A stretch of 63,193 nt of DNA, the filler included, from Dugesia japonica (taxonomy: Eukaryota), in the NCBI GenBank assembly GCA_001938525.1. It is 6 parts of 6 records of this genome, joined end to end, with 100 filler letters (N's around TTAATTAATTAA, not from the genome) between each part and the next. Parts side by side here need not be neighbours in the genome. Positions count along the whole stretch, not along the records: positions 43,291 to 53,641 come from MQRL01359222.1; positions 53,742 to 63,193 come from MQRL01511244.1; 4 more parts are not named here. One strand, written 5' to 3'. A program made the translations under genes and the position numbers. A model generated the notes under the pieces. It did no database searches. It saw only the letters and a list, made by a program, of their open reading frames with translations, and had not been told where the DNA came from. Position 1 is the stretch's first letter. Every line of letters begins with the position of its first letter. Positions 52,401 through 63,193 of the stretch are shown one piece after another.

Positions 52401-53641
52401 CACCAATTAGAATGCAGCAAAATTCGTTTTTCTAAACCGTTAAAGACAAATATGACACCAAAGCCGTGTATGTATCTTTATGTATCTAGAGTTTCAATCG
52501 AGCGATGAGACATTTCTTGCCTCTCGCTGTAAGTGTGTGAATGCCTCACATTTGGCTGGTTATTTAGCTACTTGCAAATTATTTTCATTTTTGTTTGGGG
52601 AATTTTGGCGTACAATTTTGACTTGAATGTTTTCGTCAGAAAATATTTTTAATTTTCATAAGTAATAAATTTTAAGTGAAATCTTTTTTGTTTTGTTTTA
52701 ATTTTAGAAATTTATTTTTTTTAAATCATTGCTTTGTTATGTTGCACATGTATTACATCTTTAAATAAAATAATTAGATTAAGTGGGAAAATGGTTGCAG
52801 GATAAGATAGATCATAATATTTAAAAAATAAATCAAGATGTCACGGGGCAGACGTTAGACTCAAAACTTATTGTACATTTCAATGAAAATAATACTTATA
52901 AAGTCATGAACATTTATAAAATTTGTGAAATTTTCATTAAATTGATGTATATTATTGAAAATTATGTAATTTTGTATGAAACTTATGTATTTTAAAATAA
53001 ATTTAGTTAAAACACGATATGATTTTATCGAAATTGAGTTATATTTCTTATAAAACTATTCATGCAACTTATTGAAATTACCGTTTACTTAGGATATCTA
53101 TGTAAAAAAATAAAATTAGTACATGTAATGATGGAATTAGTATATATTTAAGTGAAATTTGATGTACAACTAACTCTCTTAAAATGCGGTTCAGAAACTA
53201 CAGAAATTTTCCTATAACTCGGTACTCCTACAACGCGGTTTATTAAAATACATATATATGTGAATAATTTTTTTAAAATATAATTTATTTTTGCAGCGAA
53301 AGCCTTCTATAATAAAGTTTTAATTTTTATTTAAATGCATTTTCTTTACAAAAAATTACGCATCTATATAAAAAAATTTTTTTGTGTTATAGTATTATAT
53401 GTTTAATACGGTAATAAGTAGTGATGAAATTTGTAATATAGGTTTTAAAAGCTGATCTAAATTTTTTGTATTTTGAAGCGGAATTTATTGAAATCAGATT
53501 TGTTAAATATTTAAATTTGTCATAAAATTATTTATAAAAAAAAATTTTTTAAATTTTATTTTGTACAACTAGCGAATGTGAAATTTATAATTTGTGTTGA
53601 ATATAAAATTTTAATTTACAATGTATATTAAAATTTTTGTA

Positions 53642-53741
53642 NNNNNNNNNNNNNNNNNNNNNNNNNNNNNNNNNNNNNNNNNNNNTTAATTAATTAANNN
53701 NNNNNNNNNNNNNNNNNNNNNNNNNNNNNNNNNNNNNNNNN
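53642..53741. other. Artificial 100-nt contig spacer
   Basis: N44-TTAATTAATTAA-N44. Confidence 0.95.
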
Positions 53742-56507
53742 TTTTTAGTAACAGGGGGGGAGGGGGGGGTAGAAAAAGTGGAGGTTCAGTGCGGACATGT
53801 CTCACTACTCACTACCACTATCGATTATCAGTGGGCTTAAAGTTACGTCAGCTAGAGCTTTACACATATTCTGTAAAGCTAACTCCCACCTCTGCATCTT
53901 CCAATTTTTTTCCTGTAGTTTTTGGCGCGCTTAAGTAGCGATTTTATCCGAGCAACTTTTCTGCGTTGTTTGTGTTCCGCCAACAAAGGAAGTGATACCA
54001 TTTCTTTATCTTTGGCTGACACTAAAAGAAAACAAAAAACATAGTTTATTGATAATCAAGTGAGATGTTTAAATAATCCCACCAATAAAAACAATAACGG
54101 ATGTTATTCGTGTCGTAGAGATTTAACTTTAAAAATGTACAAAACGGTTTCTTAGTCAACAAACATAATCAATATCAATACTTACTGATTTACGCTTAAA
54201 TTCAGAATCACCACACGAAAATCTGTCGCTGAAGAATAACAGAAAGATTATAAAACGTAACGACTCAAATTACCTTCGTAACTATAACCTGTGTTACCTT
54301 ATTAAATAAGATGAGACTGGGTTTATCATTTAGGACAAATAATTAAAAAGGTTTAATTGTTTCAATACATTTACTACACACTACTAATTGACAACAGGAA
54401 GTCCAGAAAGTCCTCTCCTGAGATAGATTCTACTTTGATTATTTTATATTTTTGTCCAGCTTCCACTGCAAACTCTTCTGTCGGCCCAGATGGCTCGTAT
54501 TTCTTCAACTTCTGACGAATTCTAGTTTTTTATTTGCCATATCTTTATACCTAGTTATTTATTATTATTATTGTATTATAATTTAATTATAATTATTAAA
54601 GTAAATTTTTCATTAAGAACTTTAATTCTTTAGTTAGTCTTGTTTACTTATTTGTGACATATTTATTTCCATTTTGGGGCTTATGGATTGTCTTCCTCGT
54701 TTTGTTCATCTAAACTAATTAATATTCCTGTCTAATTTGCATAATTGCTGTCGCTTTCGTATTATAATCGATGCTCATCATCATCTTAACAAAAAGATAT
54801 AAATACTCATTATTTCATTTACTTTATTACCGGGTTCTTCGCTCGTCCCACTGCCGATATTATTATTCTTTTTTAATTTTTTTTATATATTTTTAATTAT
54901 TTTTTATACTTAAAATCAATTTCTTTCGTAATCTCATTATGCATTATTTCAACTTTATATTATTATTTTTATTAATTTTCTACATTTGGTTTTCAATACA
55001 TTATTCTATTATCATTATTCTGATTCTACCTAAATTATAAATATCAAATTTTCATAATCTTCTCTAAATATTTCATTGAACCATGTTAGAATTATTATTT
55101 CTTAGGTTTAAAGAATTCATTAAAAACCAAGTTCTGATAGAAAAATATATATTNNNNNNNNNNNNNNNNNNNNNNNNNNNNNNNNNNNNNNNNNNNNNNN
55201 NNNNNNNNNNNNNNNNNNNNNNNNNNNNNNNNNNNNNNNNNNNNNNNNNNNNNNNNNNNNNNNNNNNNNNNNNNNNNNAAATTTATCTAAACTATTTTTT
55301 ATTTCAATTCATTAAATTATTATTTTTGAAACTAATTTAAATTCTATATATTATATTTAAATTTGTAAATCTCACAAACCATATTAAATATTTCTTTCTT
55401 TTCCGTTAAAAAAAACTCCAAAATTTTTTTGTAAAACTATGAAATTAATATAGAAAATTTTAAATTTCACCAAAAAATCGTATATTACTGAGATGTGTTA
55501 ATTTATAAAATTTCAAATTAAATCAAATTTTTCATATTTCAAATCTTTTCTTTCTCTGTATTCAATATACAAATAAAAACTATTTTAAATCACTAATTTC
55601 TTATTGGTAAAGTGAAAAATTAACATATAAAACAGTCACGCATTTGATTAATACCATTTCATTATAAGTTGATGAAGATTGAAATAATTTATGTATTCCA
55701 TTAGTCAAATTCAAAACCTCACAACTTTACATAAGTTTTTATTTATTCTCACAAATATTTGATTAAAGTTTAAGAAAGATGAAGAATAATCTATAGTATT
55801 TAAACAAATAATCAGTGAAATTTAAATTTAATTATTATATCGATTTTCTATTTAAAAAAGAAATATATTTTAATCGTTTTTCAAAAAAATTTCTTTTAAT
55901 AATTTTTACTTTTATAATTTTAGAATTCATTTAATATAAAAGATTTGATCAAAATTTTGGTTTTTTTATTGATATTGGATAACAATTCGATATTTCGACC
56001 TTTTCTTCATCATGAATTGACTTTTTTATAATTTTACTTAAAATAAATATAGAAATTATTTAAATCAATTTGCATTTAAAAATGTTTTATATATTAAAAA
56101 TCTGCTATGTACTTTTTTACTATAATATTTGAATAATATTTAAATGTTTCAAAAAATAAATTTTAATGCGATATAATATAATATATATAAAAATTAAAAT
56201 TTTCCCAGATATGTATAATCTATGAATCACTCTTACATATTCTACTCGTAAATATGTGTTTTTTAAAAAATTATTTTTATTATTATTTCTTTTTATTAAG
56301 ATGTTTGATTGTATCTAGATATTTCGTTATATAAATTCATGTCACAATATCTCTTTCAAAACTAATTGTAAATATTTGCCTTATTTAATTATTCTTATAA
56401 GTTTTAAGTCTATCAAAATTTTATCTATCTTCAAAATTCAAAATTAATGTTCCTTCTTCTTCTCAGATTTTTATGTTTTTTCTATCACAAATAATTTTCA
56501 CTTAATA

Positions 56508-56688
56508 CAGACATAACCTCGTTTTTAGCTCTCAGGATATTTTCTTCGAAAAAGAGCGTTAATAGGGGCGCGTTTTTTTAGGAGTATCTTCCGATTGTGA
56601 TGCAGTCCGTAATTTCTATTGGTACTTATACCAAACTATCAACAAGGTCTTCGAACGATAAAAGAAGTAGCGTTAAACGAGGTTGCTG
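56508..56688. mobile_element. pogo-type MITE
   Basis: ta-cagacataacctcgttt ... aaacgaggttgctg-ta. Confidence 0.65.
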
Positions 56689-57239
56689 TATTTTATATTT
56701 AAAATATAAATAATTTGGCGCATTGCATAATTTTCAAAGTTTATCAATTTTATCTTTTAGAATCGATTCCCTCAACACACAAATTTCAATTTTATCAATC
56801 AATTATCATGTCTTACCTGTAAATTACAAATTGTTTCAAATGAATCCATTACGTTCATTGAGAGGTTTGTTCGTATCTCCAATAGTCATTACATACTACG
56901 AAATTATTAATAAATTATTGATTTCCAAATGTCATTTTTTCAGATAGTTCAGGCGTTCTTACCTGAAATTCTTGCTAGAAATAGTGGTCAAATAGTAGCA
57001 ATATCTTCAAATACTGGATTAATAGGTTGCCGAAAGCTTGCAGATTATTGCTCAACTAAATTTGCTGTTGTTGGTTTTCAAGAAGCACTGATGAGCTAAA
57101 TTCAGACATTAAAAAAATATGGTTTACAATTATTAACAGTTTGTCCTTTTCATATCAAAACTTCAATGTTTGAGCAATACCAGTTCAAGTAAATGATTAT
57201 AATGTTTCAAATGATTATTTGACACCAACTGACAAAATA

Positions 57240-58075
57240 AATAAATTTGTGGCTTTATCTGAACATTAAATAATTATGAAACAACAGCCTACAAAAGACT
57301 ACCAACTAAAGAAGAAATTAAATTCAAAAAAACCATTAATTCAAATAGCGGGAAAATATGATGACCTAATAAAATCTTTACTTTTAACTGTTAAATGTCA
57401 CTAACCAGTTCCATCTTCGATGTACTGTGTTCCCAAAGATCATAAAACGACAATAAAAGGAAAATCTATTGTCAACGATTCTGACACTACCCAAATAAAA
57501 TTATATCAAAATATTTATCTTCTAATACAAAACAAAATAAAATCAAACCAGAAAAAAATACAATAATTAAATTACCTTTTATTACTGAGAAATGTAGCCA
57601 AATCATGCAAAATGTAATAAAATAATCGAAACTCAAACATAATCCAACAATTATATTTCAAACGCAAGCACTTTTGGGCATTCAATTACAGAAACCAAGA
57701 CAAAACTTTTGTGGTCCCAAATATATTTGTGATGGTAAAAATTTTTTACTAAAATATTTTTACTAAAAATATATGCAATAAACAAAATTTCATTTATAAA
57801 CTAATATGCACCATTTGTCAAGAAACATAAATAGGTGAAACATGCAGAACCATCCGAACAAGAATTAAGGAACATCTCAAACAGAAAGAAAGTGACGTCT
57901 TCAAACACTTTCAACACAAATTAAAATTGTCACCAGAACAACATCACATTACATGGAAAACACTAGGAACAGGCTACAAGTGCACACTTTAACGGAAGAA
58001 ACGTGAATAATTAGTAATAATTACGGATAATTACTAAAGAAGATAAACCTAAAATCAATATAATTTATAATAATT
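57240..58075 (+). mobile_element. Penelope-like retroelement remnant in the SDR intron
   Basis: RT-like MYCVPKDHK...IV and GIY-YIG endonuclease IYKLICTICQET*IGETCRTIRTRIKEH...VFKH. Confidence 0.85.
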
Positions 58076-58325
58076 AAATAAATTAATCAGTTAAAATTCT
58101 ATAAAATAAATTAATTTCAAAGAAATATTTCTGTTGTAACAATAAATACTGAATAAATGAAAATGTCAATTTCTGACGAAAATAAAGTCGAAAATTTGAA
58201 GTACTATCAATAAGTACTATTATAATCAGTAGATGTACAAAATCCGAGACATTAGTATCAGTATTTATATTACAATTACAATTATTGCGAGAATAATTTA
58301 GGGACGTACCATTTATCGTTTTTCA

Positions 58326-58463
58326 TAATTCATTTAAAATAAAAGCTTCGATCAAAATTTTTTTTTTTTGGATTTTGAAAATTATTATATATTTCTACTT
58401 TGTCTTCTTCAGGAATTAACTTTTAAAAAAATTTTTATCGAAGCTTTTATTTTAAATGAATTA
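58326..58463. mobile_element. Foldback MITE (same family as 22207-22363)
   Basis: taattcatttaaaataaaagcttcgat / atcgaagcttttattttaaatgaatta; shares the internal ctttgtcttcttc in the opposite orientation. Confidence 0.85.
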
Positions 58464-58476
58464 GTATTTAAGTAGA

Positions 58477-58479
<3 letters not shown>

Positions 58480-58536
<57 letters not shown>

Positions 58537-58995
58537 NNNNNNNNNNNNNNNNNNNNNNNNNNNNNNNNNNNNNNNNNNNNNNNNNNTTATTATTATTAGT
58601 ATTTGCTAGATGAGTTCAAAGTACTCATTGGATCATTAATATCAAAACTCGATTCCATAGAAAATTTATTCACAAAACAAAACTATATCTGACACTATTT
58701 GTTTATTCAAACAAATTAAAATCCCATGTTTTAATGGGTGATCAATTTTCAAATTATTTATCATATTCATTTTAAGTTATTTAAAAATTTTACTTTATTA
58801 TTAAATGGTCATTCAAAATTTAAAAATTTTACTTTATTATTAAATGGTCATTCAAAATTTAAAACCAAATATTCATTATTTAAATTTTCCATCTATAATT
58901 TAAATCTTTTTAAATAAAAGATTTTAAGACAAATGATCACCAACCACACAAAAATTTCAACTCACTTTTCAAAATACTCACAGTATTATTATTAG

Positions 58996-59055
<60 letters not shown>

Positions 59056-59105
59056 NNNNNNNNNNNNNNNNNNNNNNNNNNNNNNNNNNNNNNNNNNNNN
59101 NNNNN

Positions 59106-59170
<65 letters not shown>
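58480..59170. repeat. (TAT)n microsatellites flanking a dispersed repeat
   Basis: TAT runs at 58480-58597 and 58998-59170; the interior resembles 7434-7720. Confidence 0.85.
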
Positions 59171-59173
<3 letters not shown>

Positions 59174-59646
59174 TTAGTTGCCCAATTTTACCAAGTCTTG
59201 AACTGAATTACGTTGCGTGTAAAATCGAAGATGCAATTCTTACTAATGCCAGCGTACTACATTTACCAAGATTTGTGTACTTCTTGGTGATTTTAAAACA
59301 GTATAATTATTTTATGTGAGAATTTTAAATATTATTAATCATGTTTTAGCATACTTCCCTCTAAGGCTTTTGTTACACTGATAAATTTGTTGATTAGTGT
59401 TACCACTACTAAAAAAACTCTGAAGGAGAAATAGAAAGAATTGAAAGGATAAATTTGGTGATATGCAAAATGGCATACTTTGGTTGTATTTTTGGATTTG
59501 AACTGTTTTTTTTCCTAAAATGTATAAGTTATGTTATAATTTTATTTCTAATTTTTTAAATTTGATTTAAATGATTGGTTGTTTAGTCACTGAAAAAATA
59601 ATATTTAATTTTGATATATATTTAGAAAGTGTTTATCGATGTAGAG

Positions 59647-60017
59647 CAGTAGTTTTTAACCGATGCACCGTGAGCTTGTTGCAAGTGCACCGCAGAAATA
59701 TGATTAAAGACTTAAATACGCGAAATGTGAAAACCTAAAACTTCTTCACGAAATTATGACAGCCGACGAATCGGTTTTATCTAATCGATCCCACGTGTTG
59801 TTCCCACCCGTTTTATACCCCAGAAGAAGAATTGGTATCTTTGTCAACAAATTGTAATCTCCAAATTAAATTTTCCGAGGTAACTATGGAAGAATTTTGG
59901 ATTTATTATAACGTTTAGAAAATTTATAATAACGTTTATGTTCACATATTTTTCTTTGTTTTTTACCTGTTTGATTTTAGTGCACCGCCATGACTTCTAG
60001 ATGGTTAAGAATGACTG
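59647..60017. mobile_element. hAT-Charlie-type MITE with 8-bp TSD
   Basis: TIRs cagtagtttttaacc / ggttaagaatgactg; perfect TSD atgtagag at 59639-59646 and 60018-60025. Confidence 0.9.
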
Positions 60018-61419
60018 ATGTAGAGGAACGTATGTCGTGACCAATTACTATATTAATTAAGGCTTAAATAATACAATATGCTACAAAAGTAGGTGTTGGG
60101 AAACATCACATGCAAACCATCACATACGAAACATCACATGCATGCAAAGCGAAACATCCAAAATATGTATACACAAACAAGCATCAACTACAAATTTAAA
60201 TACATAACCAGAAACTCCCAATCAATTCAATCCAAAACAACTTCTGCGAACGAAGAATCAAATGATGAACTAGACATTTTATCGTTGAACATTATTACAT
60301 GTGAAATCGATTTATAAAACATTATTTTTGCTCTTTGTCATGTGTAAAATAATTTCGTTTTGATTTTTAATAATCCAATTTTTAACTTTTTATTTATGTG
60401 TATATTGTTAATTGATTAATTAAGTAATCAATATTTTATTTCATTTTATTTAATAACACCGTGTGGATTTTATTTAACTTGCATGTAGATTGGCTTAAAG
60501 TATGAAATTTTTCTATAAAATTTTATTGATTTTTAATAATTATAAAACTTTTTCTGCTAGATTTTATTCGTAATCACATTGATTTTAATATTTGTCAGTG
60601 TTTTGTTATCGTGGGTGGCAGCTAAAATTTTGTATAAATATTTTTAGTTTTCAGTAGCTAAACACCCTTAAATTTTTATATCTCAAGTGAAATTGATGTT
60701 TACCGAACCAACACTTCCGAGATCAAAATATAAATGCATATTTTTATTATCAACGTGTACAATATTTAAGTTGTCAATATTATTTTTAAAAGAGAAGTAA
60801 TTCTATCATTATTTAAATAGCTGACTATAGTGTATTTATAATCATTTTTTCATATATATTAACGATATTAAGGTTAAATAAGGAAAACATATAAGTATAA
60901 TATATCTGATTCGGATTGTTTAAGGACATATTAAAAGAGACTATTAAGCTCATGCAATTGCTGATTTGCTTTGACAACAATCCTCAAAGCATCTCAACAT
61001 ATGTATAAACTATATCTAAACAAATGAGCGGCCAACTTTCAATATTTTTCTGGCCAGCGAGATTCATTACATTTTTACAAAATAAATTTATTTTATAATC
61101 TTCAAAGTAATTAAAACCCATGTGTGATGAACCATTATATGTTCATGAAAAAGTTAAGAAATCTAAGTAAAAATTAATTATATAAATAGGACATAAATTA
61201 TATAAATAGACCTGTAAAATTTAATAATAATAATAACTCATTATGTTACAATTTTTTACTCCAAAAAATGCATATAGTGGGTCTAAAATGGGGTTATAAT
61301 TTTTTATGCGGTCCGCGGAGTTATGATACATTTTCAAAGTGGCCTTTATGATCATTTGGGTTGACTACCCATGTACTATATAGTAATCATTACTCTAAAA
61401 AATGCTTGGATTAAATTAC

Positions 61420-62201
61420 AATAAGGATTTATCATCATAAAGCAATAAGCAAGAAATTCAGTTGTATACAGTCTTTGAGGTGCTGAAATTATTAGCCTTT
61501 AGTATTGAAACATTCTTGTAGCCTTTTTTAACCCTAGAAACAGTTTTGAGCAGAGTTTTTTATTACTACCAGTTTCTTATGAATTGAATCATGTTATCAA
61601 CAGTAAGTTTCTCTCTTGAAAACCCTTTAGTTTTGATAATACTCTCAAAGAAGAAATCTATTGTGATGAGGTCATTCAATAGCTCTTCATCAACCTATGC
61701 ATTTATGGGTTAATTCTTCGTCGAGAAATTTACACACTTTTGTAGCACAGTTGGGAGGATAAAGTCTCTATTATCATGATGTAGCTGTAATTGTGGAATC
61801 ACAGTATCTCTCAAGAGGTTAAGAGACAGGTCAATCTTTTCATTTGAAAGTTTTGTAACAGTTACTAGCCGACCACTCTTTGGCGCATTACAGAATGACC
61901 ATGTTTCATCAAATTTCTCTCGAAATATGGTTATTGTAATTTTCGATGGTGCAAACGGTTCAAATTCCTCATCTCATTTCTACATAACCATTTTGCGTTC
62001 ATTATCTTCTAATATTGCTTAAATAACCACTTTCGTTGATCGATACTTAAATTACCAGTCGTGATTACCTAAGATAAATTAAAACTAAAATATTTCATCG
62101 AAACAAATAATAAATTTTTAATATTTAAACGAATACAAATTGTATTGATATATTATTTCTTACAGTATTGATTACTAAATACCTACTTTTCCACCACCCT
62201 G
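61420..62201 (-). mobile_element. Tc1/mariner-superfamily remnant
   Basis: End ta-cagggtggtggaaaagt; PSKITITIFREKFDETWSFCNAPKSGRL HTH region; LNLLRDTVIPQL and KFLDEELTHKCIG DDE-region traces. Confidence 0.75.
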
Positions 62202-62497
62202 TATTTAATTAGTTCGTAATAATTAATCAACATTTTAATGTGGAATTGCTTTACTAATTAATCATTTTAAGAGAATTACTTTTTCTTTTACATAAACAAC
62301 TATTTTTCAAAATAAAGAAACGATGATAAAGTATTATATAAAGAAAGAAAATAAAATGTTACTAAATAAAATCGACTAAAAAACTTATTAAAACTAAATT
62401 ATTATTAAATATTTAATCAAAATCGAATAGTTTTTTGACCGAATAAATTTCCCTGCAATCCTGTCGATTTTACTTCTTCATAATGACACTTCATTAA

Positions 62498-62727
62498 CCC
62501 TTTCAGACCTGACTTTATTTTTGATTGAAAAAAATATTTTTTTTATAGAATTCTGTTAAATGGGACAACATCGATGAGGAAAATAATGTGAATATGATAT
62601 CAGCAGAGGAATAAATAATGTGTGCACTACGATGTACTAAATGTACAAAGATAATGAAACGTAAAATAACCTTCAAAACCAACGTTCAAATTATTGTACA
62701 TTGCAATGTGCTCTGCATCTGTAAGGG
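62498..62727. mobile_element. piggyBac-like MITE
   Basis: ttaa-ccctttcaga ... tctgtaaggg-ttaa. Confidence 0.75.
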
Positions 62728-63193
62728 TTAAGCAAATAACTTTAAATTCCTTCAAGATGAACATCTGATATCTTCATTTAACAACAAATGATAATTTGGA
62801 TTTGGAAACCATTCTTTAATAATTATTCAAATCAATAAAACTCAATTATAAGAATTTATTGGCCTACATATTGATGATTCCTATAATACAATTCCCTTTC
62901 CGTTTCAATACTACGTTTTATATTTTGTAGTGTCATTGAAAAATCAATTTGCTTATTAATAAAATCTCAATTTCAAATACCATTTATCTCAGTTAAAGTT
63001 AAAGTAGTTACTCTGTCATTTCTTTTAAATGTCTTAATTACACTACTGATAATCTCGTAATTTATTTCGAGTTCACTGCTAATCACTGTAGGCAACATTT
63101 TCCTTTCATACTTTTATACTATTTTTTGTATTCTATTCAGCAATATATTAGTTTATATGTGGATTAATTTTAGAAATCGCCATTCTGAATTTT

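Larger units (their letters stand above)
56944..59434 (+). pseudogene. Short-chain dehydrogenase/reductase (SDR16C / RDH10-like), last three exons 56944-57188, 59178-59300, 59350-59434; one in-frame TAA
   Basis: IVQAFLPEILARNSGQIVAISS...ADYCSTKFAVVGF (YxxxK), TVCPFHIKTSMF, LPSLELNYVACKIEDAILTN; consistent GT-AG phases and a 49-nt last intron; TAA at 57097-57099; functional status uncertain. Confidence 0.88.

Noticed and set aside
35005-57099. Stop-codon reassignment (TAA as Gln/Glu) suggested by in-frame TAAs at 35005, 39457 and 57097
   Set aside because: The polymerase uses many CAA/GAA codons but only one TAA in about 1476 codons, and neighbouring genes end in TAA; sporadic mutation or error is more parsimonious

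Overview
Very AT-rich eukaryotic DNA with (AAT)n microsatellites, short GT-AG introns and many decayed transposons. It looks like an invertebrate, possibly flatworm-like, but that is only inference. Five identical 100-nt spacers (N44-TTAATTAATTAA-N44) split the window into six roughly 9-14 kb pieces whose adjacency is not established. The main feature is the left part of a Polinton/Maverick (adintovirus-like) endogenous DNA virus at about 34532-43190. It encodes a protein-primed DNA polymerase B, an adenovirus pX-like core protein, a conserved Polinton ORF, a minor capsid (penton) protein, an adenain-type protease and a fibre-like ORF, and is cut off by the contig end. The polymerase carries a 212-aa mini-intein (38212-38847) inserted in catalytic motif C (YTD/TDC), resembling giant-virus PolB inteins. 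It also has an unannotated in-frame triple zinc-finger N-terminus. The structural module is studded with a recurrent GCGAAG...CCATAAAGG motif. Host gene pieces missed by the ORF track are two RSK-type kinase exons, a MARCH RING-CH exon and three SDR16C/RDH-like exons; a PTB-like single-exon ORF is also present. The rest is hAT, Tc1/mariner, pogo/Tigger, Merlin, piggyBac-like, Ty3/Gypsy, Penelope and non-LTR remnants plus MITEs.
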